DNA of 64,000 nt from the human T2T-CHM13v2.0 reference genome, Homo sapiens (GCF_009914755.1 NC_060936.1); one strand, 5' to 3'. Positions 48,341-63,725 are shown, numbered from the stretch's first letter. Notes: generated by a model from the sequence alone, not told the origin. Numbers and translations: made by a program.

Positions 48341-48743
48341 TAATAAAATATTTTTTAAAAATAAAAAATTAATAAATGTATAGAACTGATAATTAGACAA
48401 GATGTCTGAGTGATAACATTTCCAAAGAGTAGCCTGAGAAAGATGGAAAAATGAAGAAAGATAATGCTAGGAACTGAAAAAGATAGATTTCCAGGAAAAA
48501 GGTAGATATGATAGTGGTAACTGCTGCAGAGGTCAAAGGAGAAACTATAGTTTAAATCCAGCTGCTTGCTAATTTCTAATTTTGTTCATTTCTGGTTTGA
48601 CATCTCTTGATGGCTGAAAGAACCGAGTAACTGAAAAGCTTGAGAAAACTGTTTTGATCAAATCATTTGAAGAAGCGTTTTTTACTTTAGAAATATTGTC
48701 CAAGGTATCTTTCCTAATGTGTGAATATCTTTCCAATTTTTAG

Positions 48744-48890
<147 letters not shown>

Positions 48891-49459
48891 TAGTAATTAG
48901 AGTATTTTAGAAACTGCATGAAGGAAGGGCCTGTTTTTGGCTAGTGAAAGGTACTTGCTCAAGGAAATCTCCAGCACTTTGAGCTTTGTGAGTGAATTCA
49001 CTAGGTATAAGCATTTTCTAATTTGTAAAGAGTAGAGGTTTCTCTCTATGAATCACAAAATGTGTTTATCAAGTGTCCTATAAACTTAAACACTAGTCTG
49101 TTTCCTGACCTTTCATTGTCATCCTGGGGACCATGTTACCACTAAAATCTAAATAAGATATTGATGATTCTAATGCTAAGATGGATGTGTCATTGATTCT
49201 GTTTGCCTCATTTGCTATCTAGCATTATGTGAGTGATCTGAGCTGATGTAGTCATAGGGCCAGAAGGGATTTTGAAAGTTCACTTATTCGACCTTGTATG
49301 AAACATTTAATATAGTACCTGGCATAAAGTTGCCCAGCTGATATTTGTTTAATGTGTGAATGTACTTTATCATATATTGTACTTGCATCATGAAACCTTG
49401 AGTATCATTTCAAATATACACTTGGAAAGTCTAAGAACATATTATAAGAATAACTTTTG

Positions 49460-49785
<326 letters not shown>

Positions 49786-49809
49786 ATAACTTTTGAAAAC
49801 TAAGGCATC

Positions 49810-50111
<302 letters not shown>

Positions 50112-50880
50112 CCTAAGGCATCCTAATCCTGTTTCAGCAATAAAGAATAGGACAAATGGTAGATTGCCCATATAGCCTCCTTGTTAGAAGGGAAAGCTGC
50201 CATGTTAGAGTGTTACTTATAAGAATTGTCCCACTTCTGCCATTGGAAACTGGAATTTCATGGAAACAGGCAATCCTGTGCATACCTCCTTATCATTAGT
50301 TCCAGAAGTGAACCACTTGCCTGCTAGGGTGAGCCATGAGAAGCCATTTTAAGGCCTATGCTCTTTGAAAGAATGAGTTTATGGGTCACATATTCATTTT
50401 TGAAGGAATTTCACCATAAGCCAAAATCAAATGATATGAAGTTTGTACCTTTGAAACAACTTTCTTCCTTATGGGAATTACAGACCTGAAATTTTAGATA
50501 TTCCCATAGTGGAGATATTTCTTTTCTCTTATCAAGTTGTGTGGTTTTCTAAAGCCAAATAACTCGTCAGCCACTGCTGCTGACCTTTTAGAATTCTAGA
50601 GTCCTAATTACTATAGTAACCTAACTATTGGAGCCTCTAAGGACATAATTTTTTGTTCTTTTTGCCTCTCAAGAAAATAGAGTGGAGGTGAATTTAGAAA
50701 ATTAACAACCATCTGGACATTATGAAGGAATAGACCTCCTTCTGCCTACATGTAACAGAATGGCAATTAAGAGGTATAGTAGCCCTAGTGAAGTATAGCT
50801 AAGACTGAAGGTTTGGGTTTTTGTTTTTTGTTTTTCTTTCTTTCTTTCTTTCTTTTTTTTTTTTTTTTTTTGTCTTCAAG

Positions 50881-50967
50881 GTACGTGTTACTATGTGTAG
50901 GAAGAGACTTTTCCCCCTACATATCAGTGTTTTACATTACTATGCATTATTATTTACTAAAAAGCAG
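50881..50967 (+). other. Candidate 87-nt cryptic/recursive-splice exon
   Basis: About 55-nt pyrimidine tract + caag| immediately followed by GTACGT; ends in the perfect donor CAG|GTAAGTAT. In frame, no stop. Confidence 0.45.
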
Positions 50968-51518
50968 GTAAGTATCTGAGAATTGAAATATTCCTTTGTC
51001 CATTCATTGGCCAGTTATTATGCACTTGTTCTGTTGTGGGAACTAAATCATGATGTTCCCCTTTCCCAAGGAGCATACAATTTTAATAGGAAAAATGAGA
51101 CTTATGTCAGCAAACTACAATAAAGGGAAATATGTAATAAGTGAAGAAGTCTTTCGAAACATAAAGAGAAGTGAAAAATACCACAATTACTGTGTATACA
51201 TAAAGTGTTTTCACATTTCCTAACTCTGGCTTATGGATAGGAAGGGTGAATTCTATTAACCTCAACTGGAAATTTTCTGGCACAGAAAAGGTGAATTATT
51301 CGCCATAATATTCCTATGGATAGGAGCATAGCCTAGATTAGAATCAAAGCTTCCTAATTCTTATTCCTGATTCTTCTAAATCAAAGCATATACTCACTCC
51401 TAAATTTCAAAGGATTCTCTTGAACTGTAAACTTTTCCATTTGCTCAATAAAAAGTTACTAAGAGCCCACTATGTGCCTAGCACAGTGCTAGGTGGTTAA
51501 CCAATAAATGTGAAGTAA

Positions 51519-51689
<171 letters not shown>

Positions 51690-52089
51690 TAAGAGGAGTA
51701 GATAGAAAATGATATGTTTAAGGCAGTCATGCTGTATTTTTCAGCTTTTAAATTGAAATAGAAATGCCACACACAACTGTAACTAGACATTTATGCTAAA
51801 TTTTTACATTAAAGACTACTGATAGAAGTTGTGGTACAAAGGACTTCATGTCTGCTCTCCAAACTATCATTTAGCTAGTGAAGACAAGATATCGGGTAAT
51901 GTGGAGCTTCAAGAATTCCGGAGCATCTCTCTTTGCTATGGCATTCTGATAGCCCCTTTAAAAAGGTGCTGCATTGTTTTCTATCAGCCTCACAGTACGG
52001 TGAATGAGATAAAGCACAGGATGTATGTAGAATGTGATTACTTCCTCTCTAGTCCTGTCAATTCACTCATTCTATAAGAAATCTTAATG

Positions 52090-52388
<299 letters not shown>

Positions 52389-52420
52389 TTTTTTTTAAAG
52401 ACTTGTTTTTCTATATTTGA

Positions 52421-52609
<189 letters not shown>

Positions 52610-53640
52610 TGAATTACTATTTCCATACAAATTATACAGTCTTCTATATCTAAAACTGAGATCTAGAGATCTGTCTGAGATACCTAGCCAAAATTCATTC
52701 TACTCCAAATTATGCAGATCATCTCTGCAACGCTGAAATACGTATCAGTCACATGCTGCATACTAAGCAATAACTTCTCCATTTGCTTTTGAGACCAGCA
52801 GAGGATGATTTTTATTAGGGTCTACATAAATTTACAAAATGAGTTCCCATTCGGGTCTGTGTCTCTCTTGCATTCTTTCAGAGGTTAAGTTGTTGGAAGG
52901 AATATAAAGAATGATTGCTGTAAACCTTGAGATTTGGGAAACTAATCATTCTCTTTTTGTCACTTGATATCTGTGTCCTCATTTTCTTCTGTTTCACCAA
53001 ACCTGAATAACATACTTTAATAATACCATAATAATTTCCACTTGATTCTCTAGTCAAAATTGTTAATGTCATATTCTTTGATACAGTTGATATTGAAAAG
53101 GCATATTTTAGATCATCTAAGATTCTTGGCATGGGAATTCTGTTGTTCCTTGACTGTCTTCTTTTGTGTCATATGAATTTTTTTAATTGTACCATTTTAA
53201 TTCCTCTAATTGTCAAATGATTTTTTGAGTTATTTTCCAGTGGTTGCTTTTAGGATTATAGTATGCATCTTAATTTTTCACAATGTACTTCAGATTATAC
53301 TCACCTTAATTCTTGTAAAATGTAGACACTTTGTTCCAATATAGCTCTGTTCCCTCCTCTATGCTCTGTGCTATTAGTGTCCTGTATATTAAGTTTTTAT
53401 ATGTTGTGAGTCTATAATACAGTGCTACAATTGTTATGGAAGGATATGAGAAAAAAATGTATCTATAAGTCTATTGTATACTATTATATTTGCCCTTTCT
53501 GGAGTAAGTTTCTTTCAGCATACATGGTTGTTCTGTCAGTCTTTGTCTGGGACTACACTTATTTTTTCTTGACTTTTGAATGAATGAAGAATGAAGTCCA
53601 GTTTAGCTAGATTGGGAATTCCTGGTATATGGGTTTTTCC

Positions 53641-53949
53641 TTTTTATTTTATTTATTTTTTTTTTTGGAGACGGAGTCTCGCTGCTCTGTTGCCCAGGCT
53701 GGAGTGCAGTGGCGTGATCTAGGCTCACTGCAAGCTCCGCCTCCTGGGTTTACTTAGCCATTCTCCTGCCTCAGCCTGTTGCTGGGACTACAGGCGCCCG
53801 CCACCACGCCTGGCTAATTTTTTGTATTTTTAGTAGAGATGGGGTTTCACCGTGTTAGCCGGGATGATCTCTATCTCCTGACCTTATGATCTGCCTGCCT
53901 CGGCCTCCCAAAATGCTGGGATTATAGGCGTGAGCCACTGCGCCTGGCC
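53641..53949 (-). mobile_element. AluY
   Basis: gcaagctccgcc and caccgtgttagcc diagnostics. Confidence 0.9.
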
Positions 53950-53962
53950 TTTGTTTCTATAA

Positions 53963-54250
<288 letters not shown>

Positions 54251-55201
54251 AGTATATGGAGATCCCCCCCAGCACTTTGAATATGTCATTCTCCTGCTTT
54301 CCGTCCTCTGTGGTTTGAGATGAGAAGCCAGCCATTGATTGTATTGATACTCCCATGCGTGTGATGAGTCACTTTTCTCTTGCTGCTTTCAAGATGTTCT
54401 CTGTTTTTTGGCTTTCAGCAGTTTAAATATGATGTGTCTGGGTGTGGACCTTTTTGTATTTGTCCTGGTTAGGGTTGGTTGAGCTTTTTGCATTTGTAGA
54501 TTGATTTTTTTTTAATCATTTTCAGAAGTTTTCAGCCATTATTTCTTCAAATATTTTCTGTCCTTTTCACTTTCTCTTTTTTTAAATCTTTTTACTCCCA
54601 TTACACAAACTTTGGTGGGTTCCTTTTGTTTGTTTTGGAAATGGTGTCTTGCTGTGTTGCCTAGGCTGGCCTTGAACTCCTGGGTTCAAATGATACTCCC
54701 AATCTTTGTTCTATTATTCAGATTGTATAATTTCTACTAGTCTTTCTTCAAGTTCCCTGATTCTTCTGTCATCTCAAATCTGCTGTTGAACCTATAGTGA
54801 ATTTTTCTTTTCAATTACTGTATTTTTCACATCTACAACCACAACTTCTGGCTAGTAGAGTTATTGGCTCTCACCTCTCACTCACCTCAGGGATCTTCAC
54901 TTCTACTGATGTTGTTGGGTGTGTATGTTGCCCACCACTCCAAATGAATGAGCCCTTTTCAGCCTCAGCAGAGGAGCTGCCAGTCCTCACAGTCCGTGCC
55001 ACCCTGATGGCCCCTTCATAGTGACTGAGCTGGGAGAGGAACAGGAGCAGCCACAGGCTAGAATGCCACAGATTCTCACCGTTCTTACCCAAAGTTCAAC
55101 AATTTTTAAAGTGTAAACAGATTTCAGGTTGTTGCATGCCTTTTAATCAATTTCTAAAATGCAAATATTGTTTTGTCAATTTTATCTAGCTTTATAGCTG
55201 C

Positions 55202-55507
55202 TTTTTTTTTTTTTTTTTTTTTTTGGAGTTAGAGTCTTGCTCTGTCACCCAGGCTGGAGTGCAGTGGTATGATCTCGGCTCACTGTAACCTCTGCCTCCT
55301 GGGTTCAAGCGATTCTTGTGCCTCAGCTTCCTGAGTAACTGGGATTACAGGTACATGCCACTACACCTGGTTAATTTTTGTACTTTTAGTAGAGACGGGG
55401 TTTCGCCATGTTGGCCAGGCTGGTCTCAAACTCCTGGCCTCAAATGATTCCCCCGTCTCGGCTTTCCAAAGTGCTAAAATTACAGGCAGGAGCCACTGCA
55501 CCCGGCC
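55202..55507 (-). mobile_element. AluS
   Basis: Antisense Alu, TSD agctgctttt. Confidence 0.9.
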
Positions 55508-57557
55508 TATCAGCTGCTTTTAACAGGGAGGATTTGCCAGTCTCTTCATTCAGCTGTAGCCAGAAGGTCTGCCTCATCCCCTTCACTCCTTTTTTTTTTT
55601 AACATTCTTTTATTTTGTAATTAAACACTCCCCTACCTTACTGAATATTGGGCTCCTGCTTTGATTTTTACTAGCTTCTTTTGCTAACTCTGAAATGTAG
55701 GCAGAGCACAAAGTTTGCCTTCTACATTCTTCTTTCTTTTCATACTTTTCAGTGATATCCTATTCCCACATGCCTTTAACTTGCCAGACAGGTTCCTCTA
55801 GGGTTGCTGTTTCTAGTCTAGTTCTCTACTCCCAAACTCTAGGTACAAACAGCTGAGCATGTGAATATCTTGTCATCCAAACAAAGTCAATATTTTCTTT
55901 TCCTATTTTTAGCTCCCAAGCATTTTTCCATCTGACTTTTTAGGCCTTACATAGAGTAGATAATTATTCTGATATGTATTGGATTTATTAGGTGACACCA
56001 TTATCCTGTCATTTACCAGAGCTTGACAACTTAGCTTTATCTTTGATTTGTTACATGTCTTCATTCTCTGTATGTGTTCATTTGCCTGTGAAATAATGTA
56101 TTCAAATTGCTTAGCGTAGTGCTTGTTGCATAGTAAGTGCTCACTAAATGATAGTGGCGATGGTGGTGATAGTGGTAGTTATTGTCTAGTCACACTCTGA
56201 ATTCTATCTGTACAATGTCTGTCTTCTCTATATTATGATGAAATGACATGGGTTGTGAAAAGAGTGGTAGATTGGGAATCAACTAACCTAGTTTAGAATC
56301 CTAAGTCTGCTGCTTATAGTCACTTGACCTTAGGAAACGCTCCTAAATTATCTGAGCCACAGTTTCTTCATGTAAAATATTTGGGATCAGTAATACTTTC
56401 CTTGATGTACGTATTAGATTTTGGGAAAACCCAATGAGATATTTAAATTTATATAATTAATATCTTAAACTTTATTAAGGAAAGCTATTCTCTCAGCTTC
56501 TATGCCAATTTCAGGCCCTTATTATTTTCTTCCTGGTCTATAATAACAACTTCCAAACTAGTTTCCCCCGTCCCCCTAAAGCCACACTGCAGTAGATTAA
56601 TCTAATAGAGCTCAGATCTAATGATACAACTGTCATGCACAAAAATCTACATTAGATGAAAAAAATCTAAACTCACCTTGACATTATTACCCATATTACC
56701 ATTACTTTACGTCTTCTATTTTCCTCTACTTATTTTTTTTTTTTTGCCAAGAAAACCTCTCTGTCCCTTTCATTTAACATACTTCATGCTTCATTACTGT
56801 GGGCCTGTTCTCTCAGGTTTCTCCTCCTGGGCTCGCTCCCTAGTCTGTCTTTTTCTTCAGAGCCTGTACTTATCAGAGGTTGCATTAAATGTTCCCTTCT
56901 CTGTGAAGCCTTTAGTCACTTGTTTGCTTCAAATGCAAACACCATGTCTTAATATAGCTTTGATGCTTTGCAGTACCCTGATCATGGTGTGAATTCAGTA
57001 TATACTTTAATGGGATTTCTGCTTTGTTTAACAGGAACAAGAACATTTCTTATTTTTTCATCTCTTTTGTTAACAGTTTCTTGGAAGCAAGTGATACGGT
57101 CTTAATTTTGCCCTAAGAAATGGAGCTCTATTTACAGAATTTGGTTTCTAATGAAAAAGAATGCTTTGAACTGATGAAAAAATAAAATTTTCTGACAGAT
57201 AAGATGCCCAGACCTTGTTATTCTTCTATATGGAGTCTTTTTTAAGTTCAAAGGCAATGACATTTATCATAGCCTTATTATCAAATAGTTTCTGCTGAGT
57301 CCAAAGTCATTTAATACAGTTGTGCTTAGCAAACCTCATTAAATAGGCACATCTTTTGAAAAATCTATATAGAATGATTTAATAATGTGACTTCACAAAC
57401 CCTTGTAGTGACTAATTGAAGTGGTTATCAGCAATCTGGAATTTTCTTGCTTAAAATTCTGCTTGATTTTTTTTCCTCCTTTCTGTTCTTACACCAGATT
57501 GGTAGTTCTCAACTTCAGTGTTATAGAAATATCAGGTGTTTTTAAATGCATATTCTC

Positions 57558-57705
57558 TAGCTGGGCATGGTGGCACGTGCCTATAGCTACTTGGAAGGCT
57601 GAGGTGGGAGGACTACTTGGGCCCAGGAGGCAGAGGTTGCAGTGAGATCACACCACTGTGTGCCTGGACAACATAGTGAGACTCCGTCTCAAAAAAAGAA
57701 GAAAA
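57558..57705 (+). mobile_element. Alu right monomer
   Basis: TSD AAATGCATATTCTC. Confidence 0.82.
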
Positions 57706-57780
57706 AAATGCATATTCTCCATCTCCTTCCCCAAAGATTGTGATGTTACAGATTGAGGTGGGGTTCAGAAATCTGTTTTC

Positions 57781-58082
57781 TGTTGTTGTTGTTGTTTTTT
57801 TTGAGACGGAGTCTCACTCTGTCACCCAGGCTAAGTGGCACGATCTTGGCTCACTGAAACCTCCGCCTCCCAGGTTCAAGCAATTCTCCTGCCTCAGGCT
57901 CAGCCTCCGCATAGCTGGGACTACAGGCGTGTGCCACCACGCCTGGCTAATTTTTGTATTTTTAGTAGAGGCGGGGTTTTGCCATGTTGGCCGGGCTGGT
58001 CTCAAACCCTGATCTCAGGTGATCCACCTGTCTCAGCCTCCCACAGTGCTGGGATTACAGGTGTGAGACACTGTGCCTGGCC
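57781..58082 (-). mobile_element. AluSx
   Basis: TSD CAGAAATCTG. Confidence 0.9.
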
Positions 58083-58225
58083 AGAAATCTGCATTTCATG
58101 CAGGTGATGGACAGTCACACTTTGTCGAAAAATATTGCCCTTGACGAAAGTTCTGTTTTACAGTGAGTTTTTAGACTTGCTAACCTAATTTTTAAATGTT
58201 TCTTAGAAAACCTTTCTCATTACAG

Positions 58226-58364
58226 AAACAGAAAATCTGTGGGAGCTTAACTTTGCAGCATCACATGCTAGAACCTGTTCAGCGGATTCCCCGGTATGAG
58301 ATGCTCCTTAAGGACTATCTAAGGAAATTGCCTCCTGATTCCCTGGACTGGAATGATGCTAAAA
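58226..58364 (+). CDS. FGD4: FGD4 139-nt exon, DH domain CR3 ([46 protein letters not shown])
   Basis: tttctcattacag| ... AAAA|gtaaat. Phase 0-1; [14 protein letters not shown] motif. Confidence 0.98.
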
Positions 58365-59164
58365 GTAAATGCTTTTTTTTTGTTTTCTCCCTATTTTGGA
58401 ATAATCAAGTGGCCAAGCAGCCTTATGGTTTCAAAGAGAAATACATCTCACAGCTACTTTAGTCAAATGTTGCTGTTAGAAGATAATTTCATTGGAAATT
58501 GTTATCATCACTTCAGTTAGGCAAGTCACTTTTGAGCCAAAATGACAAGTTTAGAGCAATGCAAATCACATTAATTTTGCTGGTTCCATGTTAGTCACTG
58601 GCTCTGAAATATAAAATTATAGTCTTAAAGACATCTAGAATAGCAATACACAATTTCCTTGTCAGAGGAAGAATATAGCCATTCAGAATTACAAGTGCTT
58701 CTGTTTAATTAGATAGGTTGGTGCATACCAAGAAAGCTAAGGTGACATTCACTATGTAAAAATAACCTAAGCAGAGTTGGCTGCACCTGCCCTAACGTGC
58801 TACCATAACAGGAAATGGTGCTTTTTATTGTCCAATAACATTTTCTTCAAGAAAAATGTATTTCAATTATGTTAGATGTCTTATTTTTTCATTAGATTAT
58901 AATGAAAGGGGTTTTTTTAAAGGCTTATGAGTTTCAATAATACTTTACCTTTTTCTGCACTTTTACAAATCAACTGTAAAGGCATGAATGAAAATTTAAG
59001 AAATAACAGTGGCTTGATATTCAACAAGCAGTGGTTGTACTTGTGTACAACCTTAAAACATTGCTACTTTCCCTTGTAATTTCTTGTTTTCTGTCATAAG
59101 TGAACCTGGATGAGAGACGAAGTACGTAAAACATTTTTTGTCTTGGATCCTTAACCTTTTCTTT

Positions 59165-59433
<269 letters not shown>

Positions 59434-59671
59434 TGATCCTTAGCCTTTTCTAGAACACAAGCTGTCTCAGATGTGTTTCTCCCATCATTTGAGTGACTCT
59501 GACCACAGAAACTTCTCTTCTCCATTGGCCCCTTCCATAGTGTAGGATGAACTCGGCTTGCCATCTCCTCAAACCAGCTACTTCCTATGAATTCTTCCCT
59601 GTCTCCATTTTCCATCCATCTCACCTGACTGCTTGATTTGAGTGGCAGATCTAGTGGTGGGGGTGGAGGTG

Positions 59672-60770
59672 GAAACACTACTGCTTTTCCTCAAATTCAT
59701 CTCTAGAGCAGTGGCTTTATCCCATCTTATTTTGTCTTCCTCTATCCTGGATCCTGTATCAAGTGCACAGCATCGCCCACATCAGAATAGTTCTTTAAAA
59801 TGTAAATTAAAATTCAGTTTATTCTATACTCAGACTTTGGTATCCCCTTAGATGCCCATGTCAAAAATGAGAAAGTTGGTGACATGGTATGGCATTTTAT
59901 TGCTTTTTGTTTGTTTTCCATTGCTACTTTCACTCAAATTCCAAGGAAATCACAGAAGAAGGGCTTTTGGTGACCTAAAAGTAGAAATGAAAGCAACAAA
60001 ATGCATTCTGTCCAGCAGTACACTGAAGACAAAAAATGTAGTTGAAAAGTCTCAGGGTTGTTGTGGTAACAGAATTAAGCAGGCCGGTATTCACAAAACA
60101 GAAAAGAAAGGAAGAAAATGGGACATGATTTAGGATTGAGAGGTTTTTCCTAGGGTTAGTCCAGCAAGAGGTCTCGGCATCCACAGCACTTCACCGGCAG
60201 CCTCTGGAGCTCCTACGATGTCCACACCAAAGAGTTCCCATTCCCACCTGCCCCAGGAACAAAACCCTCCAACACTGGCCTCAGAAGATTCCCTTTCACC
60301 CGACCCAGGCTAGAACTGTGAATGTATTTTCCCAAAGAAAGTAGGTTATGCTTAGTGGTTAATTTGCTCATACAACTAGTAAAATACTTACTACTCATGA
60401 AATATTTTAGAACTTTTGAGTCAGAAACCTGGGTTTAAATCTGGCCCTTCAATAGCATAGCTGTGTGACCTCAGCCAAGTTGTATTACTTCCCCATTTCA
60501 TTCATCTGCCAAATGGAGCTAAAATACTTAATGGTTTAAGGCTGTGTAAGAATTGATATTGTAATAAAGTACCTGGTATGGATTTAGTATACACTGTAAG
60601 TTTCAAAGTCTGAGTATAGAAGAAACTGAATTTTTGTTTACATTTTGGAGAACTATTCTGATTTGGGCAATTCTGTGCACTCAATACAGGATCCAGGAGA
60701 GAGGGAGACAAAATAAGTTGGGCTGGGGCCACAGCTCAAGAGATGAACTAAGGAAAAGCAGTGATGTTTC
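59672..60770. repeat. Non-Alu inverted repeat, ~168-bp arms (59672-59839 / 60604-60770)
   Basis: About 86% identity with one gap by manual alignment. Also visible as similar peptides in ORFs 59642+ and 60502-. Confidence 0.95.
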
Positions 60771-61043
60771 TATCTCTGCTTATTAATTTTGATGGTTCAT
60801 TGGGGATGAATTAAACCTGTGAGCCTAAATCATCATGTATGACTTTTTATAAGGAAATACGAAGTTTCAAGTAATCTGCTTACAAATGAACTTTAGAAAG
60901 TATATACCATTTATAAATGGAAAATGCCACTATTTTTGTTGTATCTTTGGTCTCAGACTTCTTAATTTAGTAAGTTACTCAGCTATATAGAAGCACAGGA
61001 AGGACAAAGCATATTTATTTACTTTTCTTTTTTTCCCATTTAG

Positions 61044-61102
61044 AATCACTTGAAATTATATCTACAGCAGCAAGCCATTCTAATAGTGCAATAAGGAAAA
61101 TG
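61044..61102 (+). CDS. FGD4: FGD4 59-nt exon, DH domain end (K-SLEIISTAASHSNSAIRKM)
   Basis: ttttttcccatttag| ... ATG|gtaagt. Phase 1-0. Confidence 0.97.
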
Positions 61103-61404
61103 GTAAGTGGTTTTCGGAGGAGACAGGAACCTCTGATTAGACAATTATCAATAATACTGCCTCAATACTATGTAGATTTGGACCAAAGTGAATTGAAATA
61201 GATGAGCCAAAAAGAATGTTTATGAAATGTTTAATGTTATCTGGAATAATTCTCTGAACTTGCTAATAAGTGATGGAATTTATATTAAAATGTATGCTTA
61301 CTCCTAATCCCTTCTAAATTTAGATTTTAGTTAAGGTCATAGTATTATTAAAGCTACTAGGTTGAAACCTGCCTGTATGTGATCTTGCTGTTTTAATTTC
61401 CTAG

Positions 61405-61866
<462 letters not shown>

Positions 61867-62034
61867 GGAATTATATATAAAAATAGTTGTATACACCTTG
61901 GAAAAATAGAATGTTTCCTTATTCACCAAAGCAATTACATCTAACCTGGTTTAGTCAACATTCCATTTAGGGAATATTCCATTTAGGGATTCAATTTAGG
62001 GAAATATTCTAAGTAACGTATTTTTCTGTATACT

Positions 62035-62780
62035 TGGTATGGATGGCAGGCAGTAGTGGCCCATCTGGAGCAGTTGCTGCAGTGATGCTGGTTGCAGCGG
62101 GGGAGGCATGGCCAGGGCAGCTACCCAGCCGCAGCTGCCGACTCAGGCATTCCTGTGCTCTCAGGGGCCCGGGAAGCCCCCTGTACCCCTGCAGGCTCAG
62201 AAATGCCTGCTCCCACTGCCTGGCCTCTCCCCGCTCCCAGTGCCTGTTCCGATTTCGGAGCAAATTTGGGGCCAAGCCTAGGTGCTGTTGCAAACCGGCA
62301 GGGTGTGCACACACTTGGGGCAGCGCTGATATGCCAGCCCCCTGGTGTCTCAGCCCCTTCCAGACTTTGGTGCCAGTGAGCATGGGAGGGAAGCCAAGGG
62401 GTTGCTGAGGGTGGCTTGGTGTGGGCCTGCATGTTCCCCAGTGCCAGCAGTGGAAGCCACTTGCAGTACGCTTGCTCCAGCCACAGCTTTGCAGGGAGCC
62501 GGTGCCCATGCTGGTGCGTAGAAATGCTCCCATTGCTGTAGCCAGCATGCCTGGCTGTGCGCGTGACCCGGACCCTGTGCTCGCTCATTCACGTACCCCT
62601 TGCTGCTCCAGGCTCGCCTTTGGCAGGCCTGGGATCTGGGCTGGTAGCACAAACCAAGCGCAGCCTGCCAGGCCGAATGGGCAGAATGAGCCCAGCAGGC
62701 CCAAGCAGAACTCAGGCAAAGGAGCCACTGGCCACAAAGGTGTCCAGCTGACAAAGCAACACCCCAAGGATCCTTTGACA
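62035..62780 (+). mobile_element. ERV1 LTR, MER52-like (GC-rich, apparently internally deleted)
   Basis: TG...CA ends; ggcccatctggagcag...; 3' end gcagcctgccaggccga...gagcccagcaggcccaagc...caccccaaggatcctttgaca. Confidence 0.75.
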
Positions 62781-63564
62781 GAATAATTTACTTCAGTAGC
62801 ACATACTGACAACAATTTAACTTTACACACGTGGGATATGATACTTTCGGAAATCCTCCTTTTGCTTGTTTCAGATTTTCTCTTTCATTTCATTCTCAGG
62901 TAATTGGGTACCATTTCCTGGATATTTTGTTGGTGTATCAATTCTCTTCCTAATCCTCTGTAGTCACTATTTTTAATCTTTCTAGGCTAAAAATATATAT
63001 AAGCCTGGTTGTAAGTCTTGTGTCTAAAATATCTATGGGAAAAGTACATGAGTTCTCTACACAGTTCTTTCTCACTGCAGTCAGTCCTTGACCCTTTCCT
63101 TCACTTCCTGGAAATGACAGTCTGGGGCTTATCTCAAATATAAGAGCACTTCCTGGGGCATCCAGACAATTTTTTTTTCTTTGGATTCTGTCCACCTGAC
63201 CTTTACTCTTTGTTATCCTAATGAATTTCAATTCCTTTCTATATCTAATAAGATGATAATAAGAATCATAATAATATGCATTGACAAAGAATAAGCTAAC
63301 ATTGAATAATAGCTTAATAAACGTTAGCTTTCATTCTAATTGTTATTAAAGAGAAACAGACACATGGGTGAAAAGGCTGCCTGGTGACTGGCATACAGTA
63401 CGTTCTTAGGATGTTATTCATGTCTGACTTTTCTGCTCTGAGGCAGTCATCTCACCCACCATAGCATGAGTTGTCATGGGGGCTTAGAGGCTTCTGTGTC
63501 TGTTTCCAGTCTCCATTGAAAGGAAAACTTAGGAACTAATTGTCATGCAGAGGGGTGTTCAGTA

Positions 63565-63725
63565 CAAGGGGTCTTGAAAAAGTTCATGGAAAATGCATGT
63601 TATGAAAAAACTATGCGTAGATTTCAAAGCTTTTTTTGCAACAAAATAAACCCATAGTAACTTGTTATAACATGTCTGAACAGTATCTGGTTTGGGGCAC
63701 TAAGAAGGATAAGACATCAGTTTGA
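63565..63725 (+). mobile_element. HSMAR2 mariner 5' end, interrupted by an Alu
   Basis: TA + CAAGGGGTCTTGAAAAAGTTCATGGAAAATGC TIR and the following consensus-like sequence. Confidence 0.85.

Noticed and set aside
58226-58231. Tandem acceptor cag|AAACAG| that would drop KQ
   Set aside because: A common motif; the upstream AG matches the known protein and there is no evidence the other is used.
59642-60732. Two similar peptides on opposite strands suggesting paralogous mini-genes
   Set aside because: Fully explained by the DNA inverted repeat; no ATG or coding evidence.
61960-62002. TTTAGGG x3, telomere- or CRISPR-like
   Set aside because: A tiny local tandem repeat in primate DNA; no spacers, and not a TTAGGG array.
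62009-62830. Several 120-180 aa ORFs on both strands
   Set aside because: They lie within a GC-rich LTR, with no recognisable domain or splice context.
63565-63725. Link between HSMAR2 here and the mariner near the CMT1A-REP hotspot
   Set aside because: HSMAR2 is a widespread dead family; its presence in another CMT gene is coincidental.
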